Position numbers and translations under genes: made by a program. The notes under the pieces were generated by a model. The model saw only the letters and a program-made list of their open reading frames with translations, had not been told where the DNA came from and did not search any database. A DNA stretch of 63,698 nucleotides, counting the filler, from Klebsormidium nitens (lineage: Eukaryota; Plantae; Klebsormidiophyceae): assembly GCA_000708835.1 (NCBI GenBank). It is 4 parts of 4 records of this genome, joined end to end, with 100 filler letters (N's around TTAATTAATTAA, not from the genome) between each part and the next. Parts side by side here need not be neighbours in the genome. Positions count along the whole stretch, not along the records: positions 36,730 to 63,698 come from DF237818.1; 3 more parts are not named here. The stretch is one strand, 5' to 3'. Positions 45,449 to 57,000 of this stretch are shown one piece after another; the stretch's first letter is position 1; each line of letters starts with the position of its first letter.

Positions 45449-48294
45449 ATGGGGGGCAGAGGGCGGCAGCGAGGGACTGCCACCAAGGGCCGCGACACAG
45501 CGGACCATCGTCGCAGCACCTGGGCCAAGAACAAGGAGAGAAGCACCTGGTGAGCGGGCACAAAAATTGAACAGTCTTGGGGGCGCACTTGTATGCGACC
45601 ACTCTATGTTTCTTCCACAATGATTGTGGTGTGGTGTCCTTGATGGGGGTGGTGCGGTCACATTTATTGAGGAGTTGATCAATGCTGCCATGCATGTGGT
45701 GGCAGGAGAGCAGTCGACTCCTAGTGATGCTATGCGGGTGAGCTTGGAATTTCTGATTGGTCTGAGTACTGTATCCTGCCCACGCCAGCTAAGCTATGCT
45801 CTGGCCGCAGGTCAGCAGGTGATGCTGCCCCTTCAGAAGGGCGCCCCCCCGGCGAGGAGGAGGGCGGGGCGCAGCGCGAGTCCCTGGGTGTGCGGCTGGC
45901 CATGTGGGACTTTGGGCAGTGCGACGCGAAGCGGTGCACGGGCCGCAAGCTGGCGCGCATGGGCCTCGTCAAGGAGCTGCGCGTGCAGGCGCGCTTCGCG
46001 GGGGTCGCGCTTACGTGAGGGACGTGCAAACTTTGCAGCTCGTTGACTTTCTTCTCCGGCAGCTTGCCCCAAGCAGTTCCTGGATGAGCCCCGCTTGCTG
46101 TAGGGCTTCGCTGGGGTCCTACTTGCTCCCCAATGCGGTCACAGTGCTTATTTGTGTCCTCTGGCAGTCGTGATTGTCTGCTGGCTGGCCTCTGCTTCCC
46201 CTGACGGCCCCTCTCCCTTGCTGCGCAGCCCCGTGGGTGTGCGCTGTGTGTCTGCTGCGGATCGACCGCTGGTGCAGGCGCACGGGCTGGCGGTGGTGGA
46301 CTGCTCGTGGGCGCGCCTCGACGATGTGCCCTTTGACAGGATCCGCTGCGCCGCACCCCGCCTGCGTGAGTTGCACGCCGCTGATGTGCAGCTTGCATGA
46401 AGAATCGAGGACTGTGGAGGAGAGAACGTGCTCTTGGAATTAGGGTGTATGCGTTTGATGAACAAGGGCTCCAGACTCTGGTATGGTCGAGGTTCTTTGT
46501 TGCCAGGTTTCGGATCTTGTCTGCTAAGGCGAAACACACGAGTATCTGTGGCCTCACAGCAAGTTTTGCATCACATATTGGATTTGACTGGTGGGGCCTG
46601 CGCCAACGGATGCAGCTTCGAGGCGTGCCGCTATTACAGAAACGAATGCTGAGAACGACTTGGCACGCAACCTGCTTCCTTGCCTCGCTGCCCCCTTGCC
46701 CACGCTGTGTGCTGCTGCGGTGTGCGCAGTGCCGTGGCTGGTGGCTGCCAACCCCGTCAACTACGGCCGCCCCGCCAAGCTGAGCTGCGTGGAGGCCCTT
46801 GCGGCAGCGCTGTACATCTGGTGAGCACGTCACCGTAGGATGCCGTGAGCCCCAAATGGCAGCGGTGTGAAACTTGTGGGCATGGGAAACCGAAATGCGT
46901 GCAAGTTCTAGTTGGCAGGCTCTTTCTCAAGTTACAGAGGAAAGGCGCATGGCTTGATGGTCGAGCAAACTTATCAAGTTTTGGTACTTGAAATCTGTGC
47001 TTTACTCTTGTAGCATCTCAGCGTTTTTGCCTGCACATCACGACCATGCTGTCAGTTGGCCCTGCGGATCACTGCTGCGGATCATTGTTGGCGCATAACA
47101 AAGGACTACTTCTACATTACTCAACCAGGATAACCCTCTTGGTGTTGCAACAAACTTCAAGCACAAGCTACCCCAAGAGCATCATTACTGATGCGAGTTT
47201 CCAGAGGTGCCGCTGGAGAGGATACGACGGGTTCTGAAGCGTCTTGTTTCCCCTTGCTGACACTTGCGCGATCTGAGAATGCAGTGGAGACAGAGGCAAC
47301 GCGGAGGCAGTGCTGGCCAAGTTCACGTGGGGCCACGGTTTCATCTCGCTCAACAAGTGAGGCGAACGGACTTCCGCTTTTTTTTGGTTAGGTTCTTTGA
47401 GGTCTCTCCTTAAGAGTCAGCGAGGCATGCTTGCATCTGACGCCTTTCGAGACAAGAACAACACGCACGGTGGGTTCAACACGGTTTCTAAAGGAAAGCA
47501 CCGGACTTCGAGACGAGTCGTGCAGCCAGGGCAGGTGCTGGGCACCGTTGGTAATACGTTCACTTCGTCTGTTCGAGGGTCGTGCGTTGCAGCATGCCTG
47601 TCTGTTTTCCGCTTCCTGTCTGTCCCCCTCTGAAGCTCTGTTGAATGCTTCGCCGCTCGTCTTACCCCGCTCGTTTTCCCGCGGCGTTACCCACACTCAC
47701 TCTCTGATGCCGCGCAGGGAGCTGCTGGAGGCGTACGCCGGGTGCGCGGATGGTGCGGGTGTGATTGCGGTGCAGGAAGCCTGGCTCACGGCGGACCCCC
47801 GCCGCAGTGTGCCGGCCGGAGACGATAGCGAGGGGGAGGCCAGCGGGAGCGGGGACGAGGACGAGCTGCCGCGGCTGGAGCGGAATGCGAACCACCGGGG
47901 CTGGTCAGAGGACAGCGCGAGCGGGGACGACCAGGACGAGGACGAGGACGAAGGGACGGATGATGAGGTGGGGTCGGAGGAGAGAAGCGGGGCAGGCAGT
48001 GCGGAGGAAGATGGAGGCGACGAGGGTGGTGGGAGCGGGCGGGAAGAGGACGGGCCGGGTAGCAGTGAGGAGACGAGTAGGGGGCGCGGAAGTGGCCGGG
48101 GGGGACCGGGAGCAGGGCCCGTTAGCGGAACAAGCGAGTGCGCGGAGCTGGACGAGGGGACTGGAGCACGACTGCAGAAGGTACCCGGGGCCTGTGCAGC
48201 AGAGCAACCAAACCGAGGGGTGGAAGCGGACCGAGCTGACCTTCCAGGTGGTCCTCCTCTAGATAACAGGTTGGAGTCATTGTCCTTGACCTAG
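45449..48294 (+). CDS. TSR3: 18S rRNA aminocarboxypropyltransferase TSR3 (multi-exon) with acidic C-terminal tail
   Basis: [72 protein letters not shown] and ELLEAYAGC. Confidence 0.93.
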
Positions 48295-51102
48295 CAATGA
48301 CATACCCGGATATTGACGGAACAGAAGTTTGCATGATTCGGGTTCGCGGTGTCGTCCGATCCAAAGTCAGCAAAACTTCGTGAAAATGTAACAGCAGTGT
48401 CATGAAGATGCGACCAAAGTGCAGCATTCAATGTGGAACGTGGCAAGTCCAATGTTAAACTTTCGTCGTCACCGTGCGTTGCACAGCCCAAATTGAAGAC
48501 TCTTAACGTACTCATGGGTTCAAGATGGACTCGAGAAAGAAGTACATGGCCCGTCTTTATGCATGATCAAGCATGACATTCAAGGGCTGCTCTGCAGTTA
48601 GTAATGATCGCAAGTCAATCAATCCAGATTGGTCAAAAGCGCGTTAGAACCACATGAGCTACAAAAGGAGCCAATGGCAAAACTTGAGGTTCCGCGCGGT
48701 CGAGTAAAACAAATCTATAGAGCCGTCTGCCGATTGTAATAAATTGCAAATTTCCGAAGTTACGTGCATAAGCAAACGTGCATTCCGACTATAACTCCGC
48801 ACTGAACGCCTGCCTGGCATGAACGGTGCCGCCCTAGCTACAACTTATGCCGCCAAGCTTAGTTTGGCCAGCTAGTGCTGCACGACTAGGTTAACAAGCC
48901 GTTGAATAATTTGAGTCAACTAGTCGTCGACACGTATAATTGAGCTGGGCCGCAGTTACCACTGCTAGTGGCCGCTGGCCGGCGGCCCTAGGCGCCGCCG
49001 CGTGGCTCCAATGCCTCATGCAATGCGCACAAGCTGGCAGATACGATTCTAGTATGGCGCCGGCCGTGGCAGCGGCGTTGCATAATTGCGTCATAAGCTG
49101 CGCACTGCGGCAATCACAGCCGCCTATATAACGAATTGCAAAATTATCTGTGCATGCACGTACATGTACGAACCACGTTGCATATGGCCATGCCATGACA
49201 GCAGCAACAATTGCGAACGGTGAGTAGTACTAAGCCACTCACCCAGGCACAGGGCGCGCATGGCACAATGATGCAGTACTATAGCTAGAGCGGCGTGCCA
49301 CTGGGCGCCGGCGTGCTGCAGCCCAAGTTCAATCAACTACATGGCCGGGCGGCATGCCGAACTTCTTGACGGCGCGCTTCTAAGTAGTATAGATTGTTGG
49401 CAGCGTAAGAAAAATATCCGCTGGCGTTCATGCCGGCAGCCAGCATGAATGCGACATAAATATGTGCTGCAAGTGTGTACACATGCATGGATCCACAATG
49501 TGTCACGTCTTCGTCCTGTTCGAAAACAGTGGTTTTGATGCAGTCGATCCGATCAGAAAGCTTTTCATCTTAGAGTTGATACATACTACTCCACTCACCC
49601 AAGCCCCACGTGGGTTCCGACGGCTTGTGGCACAAGCTTCCAAGACCTAAACTTTGCAGACCCGAGGTCATCTCCGAATGTGGATTGAACGAAACTGCTC
49701 CAGGTTTATAAAGCATTTGCAGCTTGGTCCAATTCAATCCCTAAACGGTATTTTCGACAAGATGTGGCCACTTAGTTATATGTATGCCTTTTGAGCGCCG
49801 CGCTCGACCTGTCACCATATAGTACGTTCCCCTTGATGTCAACCAACACTCGAAGTTTGCTAGCTCCTCTTTGCAGCGGGGCGCGGCTCAAGTGACCAAT
49901 TCAATACTTTCCTGGGTGTCTATTGATTCGGATGTTGTCTTCTATTATCTCGATCCGCGAGCAGCAAGCTATGGTTCACCAAAGGCAGATGCAGAAAGCA
50001 AGCAGCCAGAAGCGGTGATCAGGTAAATTCCTGGCATTTACGGCCACACTAGCTTCCTGTTTGTCTATGACCCCTATCATAAGCTGGGGAGATCAATCTC
50101 GAGACGTCACTTAGCGAGGCATGGCCGCAAGGCAGCTCCAAGCGGCCATCGCGTGCTCCCCTGTCTGGTCCCACTCTCCCTTGGAGGGGCAGTAAACGGG
50201 CGTCACATCGCATACCTAGACGAGCAGACCAGGAGAGGAAGGGGGATTCAAGCTGAGGTTTGCTCTCGAACCAAGACAAACTCTTGGAACGTATTACCAA
50301 CAGGCATTCTGAGGAACAGAATGACTGGGGGGCGGATCGGCGCCAAGACGGGAGTCGGCTACATCATGATTAGGAAATCTCCTAAGTGTCACAAATCTCC
50401 TCCTAGAAAGGTATGCATCTAGATCGAAATTCACAGGAGCGTGCAATCCTTAAGGGGGCCACTCATATTACCAACCATTTATCGCACGTCTGAGTCCAGA
50501 CGTGCGCCTAAGAGCTGTCTGAGTCCAGAGGGACCGTCAACTCGCATGCTTTGAGTAGGCGCAAGACTTACAATGGTAGCCCCAATCTTTGCTATTGAAC
50601 GGTTTGGCATGGGTACAGGGTGCTTCTAGCAGCAATCGGGCTCGACCAGGCGGTGCGCCGCTTGTCTCACCTGTGGGCATCTCTCCTGCGGGTTCCACAG
50701 CGCATCCAGTTGTGGCGGCTGCGCTAGGGCCGCTTGCCAGCGCGCATCCACCTGCTTCCCAATGGGCCTGCGCACACAAACGAAGCGGTCAACAAGGCTT
50801 GATGGAGAGGAACAAAACCAGAACTGGACCTCGAGTGGTCGGCATCGATTACATATTTCAAAGAAAAAGAAGGGGAGAATACGCTGAACTCCGGACGAAC
50901 AGTTCACTGGGTCAGGATCACAGAGGCTCCCATGCCTGTTGGGGAACGTTGAAGGTCATAGAATTCGCAAGGGCGATGATGATGCCTCTGCCAACTCATA
51001 CTTCGCACAACCAACAACAAAAAATACTTGGTGACAAGGCCACCAGCTTTTGCACCATACCGCGTCTCCTCTTGTTGTTCACCCCTGTTCTTTGCCACTC
51101 TC

Positions 51103-53337
51103 TCACCTGGGCACTGCCTCCGGCGGCATCTCATCCTCCAGGGGGGTGAGCCCCGTATACTGTGGCTGGTCTCCCGTCCCTGCGCCCCCCAGCCTGGCAA
51201 AGTCCCCCAGGGACAGCCCCCCCGCCAGCCCCGCCAGGTCGGCCTTCACGCTGGCGGGCCTGCTGCCCATGGCCACCGATTGCAGCGCCGCGGCCGAGTC
51301 AAACTGCTGCGCCTGCAGCTGCTCCAGCTGGACCAGCAGGCGCGCAGTAGAATGCAGCGCTGGCGCACTTAGCTGGCACGTAATGGCACCGGCACTGCCC
51401 GGGCTGGCCCCCATCGCTACACGGCCTGTAACAGGGGGTCCGCCCTTCCTTTGGAGTGGAGCAACGCCCAAAGCTGGGGCCTTGGAGGTGGCTCTCAAAG
51501 CATTGTCGGCAAGCCGTGCAGGGAGGGGCGACGGAGTGGGCGCCCCATCTTGCTCCTCCTCCAAGTCCTCTCCAGCCAGCTGCACACCCAGCAGCTCCCG
51601 TTTACTGGATGGCCGGGGGCCCCCAACCCCTGACTCAAGGGCGATACTGCTCCCTTCCACCGTCCTCGTTGCTCGCAAGTCCCCAAGCCTCTCTTCCATC
51701 ACTTCTTCCGATTCCACTTCAAGGGGGCCCCTTCTGTCACTACTCGACAGCCCCGGCCGTCCCGTTGTGACTGGCTCCATGTTCGGTTCCTTCCTTGACA
51801 AGGGACCCTGTTTTCCATGCGTGCGATCAGAATCAATACTGTTCACACCTTCCATTGCATCCCTCTTATCAGGAACTTGCGGGCCTGTGCCTTCTGACTT
51901 GACGGCTGCGACAGCCTTCTCCGGGTCCTGTACAACGCACGGCGGCCCGTGAGCAGCCAACACCAGCAGTGACTGGCTTGCATCTGGACTATTGCCACCT
52001 CCGCTGGGTGCCGTCGAGGCACCACCAGTGAGATCTCGTCTCTCAGCAAAGTGGAGCGTAACTGGGCCCTCCGCTACTCCGAAATGAGCCGCAAGGCACG
52101 CCCACCTAGATGTCTCATAAACCCGGATTGGGCAGCTCATCTCCTCTCCAATGCCCCCCAATTCCTCTTCTTCATTGGCCGAGGAACTATCGTACTCTGC
52201 TGGCCTTTGCCTGGACCTGCCCCCCGCAGCTGCGCTGGCCAGAAGGGTGCCCCCTGGAGAAAAGGCCAGGCTGGTTAAGCTGCCCTCTGCAGCGGCATGG
52301 TCCGCAACAAACACCAGCTGCCAACGGCCGCCAGACAGGGCCTTCCACACGTGTAGCATCCCATTGGCAGCGCCTGCAGCGATGACACCGCTGCTCAACC
52401 CCTCACCCTGGCTGGCGAAGGCCTGGCCCTCTTCCAGCCAGTGGACTGCCAAGCCCACCAGTGGGCTTCTCTCCAGTGTTGTCAGGGTGTCGACCAGTTG
52501 CAAGCTGGGGGGACAGTGGCAGGCCCAGATTCGAACAGCCCCGTCGCAGCATGCCGCGACAAGAAGTTGGCTATCAGCAAAAGCTAGAGAATGTATCAAC
52601 GGCCGCCCTGCATTCTGCGGCGCCCAGTCTGCCCCTTCTGCGCCCAGCTTGACCTGCCCATCCACAAGCGACCACACACGGATGGCCCCCTCCTCATCTG
52701 CTGCGGCCACAGCCGTGCCATCTCCTGCCACAGAGAAGCAAGACAGGGCACTTGGACAACTGCCCAAGCAGCCCACCGGTGTGCAGCCAGTGACCTCAGC
52801 TTTGGCGCCGAGCCTGTCGCCTTCCTCATCTGTGCCTTGCCGAGTGCTTGCGAGGCTGCCCCCGCCGTCCTCGACTTGCCTGGGACTGGCCGCATCAGGT
52901 GGTGGTAGCTGTGCGCTGAGCAATCTCTTGCTACCCTGCTGGAACAGAATCAACTCACGGTTTCTGCCAGGTACAAAAGCTACCTGGCCGATGGTCCAGG
53001 ACACTTCCTTTGATCCTACCCAGATCTCGCCTTCTCCTGGGGCTCCGAAAGCCGCCACGCTCAGAGAGTAGCGGACAAGCAGCCGGTAGACTGTGCGATC
53101 AAAAGCAGGCACCATAGGGGCACCCGCTGCTGTTTCCACATCTGATTCGCAGCTGACCTTGTAGATATGTAAGGTGCCGTTGCTGCTTGCACATGCGGCC
53201 AGCAGCCCCGCACCTGGCAGGAATGCAGTGGCAGGCGGATGGGGGCATCCTGTGTGGTCATAGAGTCTGTGCACATTGGCTGGGAGACGGGACAGCCATA
53301 AGCTGGGCTTTGGACGCGCTTCCTGCATCTTCATCAT
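51103..53337 (-). CDS. WD40-repeat protein (large central exon; probable extra exons near 53600 and 50050-50780)
   Basis: AVAAADEEGAIRVWSL, LLVAACCDGAVRIW, VIAAGAANGMLHVWK and LTSLAFSPGGTLLASA. Confidence 0.75.
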   Translation of the reverse strand: MMKMQEARPKPSLWLSRLPANVHRLYDHTGCPHPPATAFLPGAGLLAACASSNGTLHIYKVSCESDVETAAGAPMVPAFDRTVYRLLVRYSLSVAAFGAPGEGEIWVGSKEVSWTIGQVAFVPGRNRELILFQQGSKRLLSAQLPPPDAASPRQVEDGGGSLASTRQGTDEEGDRLGAKAEVTGCTPVGCLGSCPSALSCFSVAGDGTAVAAADEEGAIRVWSLVDGQVKLGAEGADWAPQNAGRPLIHSLAFADSQLLVAACCDGAVRIWACHCPPSLQLVDTLTTLERSPLVGLAVHWLEEGQAFASQGEGLSSGVIAAGAANGMLHVWKALSGGRWQLVFVADHAAAEGSLTSLAFSPGGTLLASAAAGGRSRQRPAEYDSSSANEEEELGGIGEEMSCPIRVYETSRWACLAAHFGVAEGPVTLHFAERRDLTGGASTAPSGGGNSPDASQSLLVLAAHGPPCVVQDPEKAVAAVKSEGTGPQVPDKRDAMEGVNSIDSDRTHGKQGPLSRKEPNMEPVTTGRPGLSSSDRRGPLEVESEEVMEERLGDLRATRTVEGSSIALESGVGGPRPSSKRELLGVQLAGEDLEEEQDGAPTPSPLPARLADNALRATSKAPALGVAPLQRKGGPPVTGRVAMGASPGSAGAITCQLSAPALHSTARLLVQLEQLQAQQFDSAAALQSVAMGSRPASVKADLAGLAGGLSLGDFARLGGAGTGDQPQYTGLTPLEDEMPPEAVPR

Positions 53338-54099
53338 CTAGAAAGCAAGGCCATGGCTCTAGTGGAGCTGGTACTGCGTGGCACCATCATGCTTCACCAC
53401 CAAACACGGCAGCTGTTTGTGAGCTGGATGAATTGGCATACCGGTACATATGTTGGACCACGGCGATCGAAGGGCTCGTGAAAGGCTAAAGCAGCTCTAG
53501 TGCCAGTGGTCAGGTGCCATCACTGATCAGTCGCCTTTTGTCCACCTTCAAGTTGCGCCTGGAGGTCCCATGGAATTCAAAATTTTGAAATACGAAAGCT
53601 CCGAGCATCGCTTCCCCGCCATTTCTTCCGAGTCGATGTCAATTGCATCGAAGATCGCAGTCGATGTCATGCTTGAAGATTTACCGGCAGATTGTGTTTG
53701 ACTGGTTCGACACGGCGCACATGATTTCGCCACCAACGAAAAGACAGTCCCAGAACCGGTCGCTCAGAACTTATGTAGACGTGCATTCAAGCAGGCTGTG
53801 CACTACAGCACTGGGCCGGGGCAGGCTGCATTCAAGTTCAACTTCAAAGTTGCACAAACTTCAGCTGGCCCTCCCTTCTGCAGAGCTCGCCTCTTCACCT
53901 CTTTGACATTCAAAAACAGATTTCAATTAAAGCTCTGGCTTTCAGTTTCCCCAAAGCTCAATAGCTACGCTGTAAAGAACGGGTTGGTTTGCTGCCACCA
54001 GCGTGACAATACGGTAGTTTACGCTTTTCAGGCCATTTCGACATTGATGGCAGTCTTGAAATAGTTGCAGACGGTTTGTTTGTTGGAGTCGTGAAGTTC

Positions 54100-57000
54100 T
54101 TGGCGGCAGCTGGAACGCGAGATGGCTTCACACATTGGAAAGTGGATCTATCTCGATTGGACCAAGGAACTGAAGGCATGGTAGGTCCTCGGAAGCCTGT
54201 TGTGGCTTTTTATTTGGAAACACCAAGGGAATGCTGGCAGCCTTCCTTGTGCTTTTACCACATTGTACATGAAAACATTGCCAGCGATTGGCAAGTTACC
54301 ATGCACTGCTGATACTTGCTGCCAACGATGCCCCTGCCACAATTGAGGACTCTGACAGAAGGTAAATTGGCTCCAGTGGAAAGCTCAGCAATGAGACGCA
54401 ATTGCTCCGTTTGAACACCTTCCCTGGGGTTGCACCAACAAGGAAAACACTTTGCTACTACTCTGCTTTCTGGCGTCACTGGTTAATACTATCCCCCTGC
54501 TAATGCTTCGCTCGTTTTTCTTGGACAGGTGTGCAGCCAAAGTCCTCTCTTTCAAACCTAGCACTCAAATGCACGAAGTGCAGTTCACGGATGGAGAAAG
54601 AGAATGGGCTGACCTTACTGGAGAAGGAAGAAGGTGGACTGAAGATGCGCCAAAGAAGTGAGACCATCAGCTGTTTCATTGCAACCGGCTGTCTCGCCAC
54701 AAAGGAAAGAATGATTGTGATTTGGCAAGCAGGTATGCAAGAACAGCCGGCTGAGAGTCATTCTAGGTGCAGATAATGCTGCAGCTGTTCTCAAAAAAAT
54801 CAGCCAATGTGCGGTGGTTGGAGTGTTGGCCTTGATGAAGTGAAGTACAGACAGAACATTTGGAGTGCTCCTTACAAGGTGCATGCAGACTAAGAAGACT
54901 ACGGTTTTCAGTATGCAGTTTGTACTCCCATGCCCAAGTGGAGCCCTCACAAAAGGAGGTCAATCTAGCCAATGTTGCCAGCTCAAGCCCTTGTCTGTTA
55001 GAATGTAAAACGGGGCAGACGACTAACGGCAACTGTTTGAGTCCATTGTTTTGAAAAGATGGTAGTCAGCGATCGTTGGCACCCGTTACTCTCTATAAAA
55101 TTACTCTCACAGGTTGTGACTCTCTTTTTGCACAATTATTCAGGACAATGATTTGTGTGGTAGGACTGTACCAGTAAGGAAGTTCTGACTTCTGGAGCCT
55201 CTGAGTGAAGAGGGGGACAGTTCAACGAAGCAGCAATCTGACAGGAGGGCTGTGGCCTGTTTTGATTGTGCAGGGTGTGGAAGAACCAGGAGAAGAGGGC
55301 ACGCCGGATGGCCCGGGAGTACGGCATCAAGCTGGAGATGAGTGGGGCCCTGCTAGACGCGGCGGAGGAGCTGCTGGACATGGGTGAGCCAACTCAGTAG
55401 CGCTGGTAACACCATGCAGAGAACTTCCTCTTACTTGTTCATGTTTCTGACCACGATTCTATCGCTATTGGCTTGAAGTTGAGAGCTTCTGCAGCACAAG
55501 CCAATGATTGCCTTCGTCCAAGCTTAAAAGCGTTCCTTGCGAGGGACCCTGCTGAGGCCTTGCAGGGTGGTATCATGGAAAGTGTTGGATAAGACAGGAT
55601 CAGTTCAGAAGGTGGTTAATGCAACCTAGTCCAGATGGTGCTCCAATCTCTCGTGCAGAGGACCGCTTACCCAACCAGGGGGTTAAGAGCCAGCTGCCAA
55701 AGTTCTGGGAGAACCTGAGGAAGCAGATCCTGCGGTGCAAGGTTCCAAAAGAGATGGCTGCGGCCGCCTTCAAGTTTGCGTCGCAGATCAAGGACACTGT
55801 GCTCATGGACGACTGGCAGAGCAAGGTAGGGCCACAACCGGAAGTTTCTTCTACTGCCTGTCAACTGCAAGACTGTGGCTGCGATCTCTGAAGCATAAGT
55901 CTTGCAGTTCCATGCACTCCTGTGGAGGCCGTTTCAAAGACCCGCAAGACCAGCACTCTGAAGGTTGAGCAAGAGTTTTATATTTGTGCAGGCTGCGCAG
56001 TGGAAGGGGTTGGCCAAGCAGGCTGTCACAGAGGAGGACGTTGCCGCGGCCGTGCACCAGATCAAGTACAAGGTGAGGACCACGGAGCGCTTCTTGAAAC
56101 TTCGCCAAAGTCCTCCTGTTGGCACTGTGCAGTTCTGTTTTAATCAGAAGGTATATCACAGCGTGGGAAGATTGCTTACCTGGACATGAACATGAATCTG
56201 CTTTCTTGGCCGGAAAACGTACAAGTACTTATCAAGCTCTGAGGTGTATGAAAGTCTCACACTCCCTGACTTTTTTTAACCTGGTCTATTGCAGATGGTC
56301 AACTGGGCACAGTGTCGCGCCCTATTTCCAAGTGAGGCTTTCTTCTAGGGAATGATGATGGATCCTGAGCAGTTGCTTTCCTATTCCTGGCGTGGAATGA
56401 AACACCCTCGACAGTACTGTGGAGCAGCATCTTCACAATGCACCACAGGACACGGTATTGGGTTGAAAGATCGCAAGGTTATGCGGGATTCCCACAAATT
56501 AGGCTTGCTTGTCAACAGCTTCATTTGTTGCTGATGAGATCTTTGGTTGTTCCCTGATGGCCCCCTTGCTCTTGCAGGCTTCAATGAATCCAAGCCGCAG
56601 GCCAAGAAGGCGGCAGCGACCCCAGCCAAGAAGGCGGAAGCAACCCCGGCCAAGAAGGCGGAGGCAACCCCAGTCAAAAAGCCGGGCAAGGGGCATGTCA
56701 CTGTGGCTAGCAGCTCGGCATCGGGTGTTGCCGTGGAGTGCAACAAAAAGAAAGGGGAGTACCAGCCCCAGACCCACATGTGAGGAACATGGTTTTGTGT
56801 GAAACCTGCACTAGGGCTAGCTCTCAGAGCAGCGGATTCATTGTCGAAGTGTCGCTTTTGTTTCTAGGCGTGTCCCTCCAAGCACAGAACAGGCGTGAAG
56901 GTGACAGATCCTTCCATGCAGCCTCTGCTAACCTTTCGTTGTGGGACTTTTGAGAGTACTAACATGTGCATGGAAAACGGGTGCTTCTTAAGTCCTTGGA

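Noticed and set aside
45730-46833. 367-aa minus-strand ORF over TSR3
   Set aside because: Antisense shadow with low-complexity Arg/Pro/Ala composition; the TSR3 exons on the plus strand explain the region.
47800-48160. Purine-rich GAG/GAC low-complexity tract
   Set aside because: Explained by the acidic, Gly-rich C-terminal tail of TSR3.
51050-53071. 300-aa and 306-aa plus-strand ORFs
   Set aside because: Antisense shadows of the WD40 exon.
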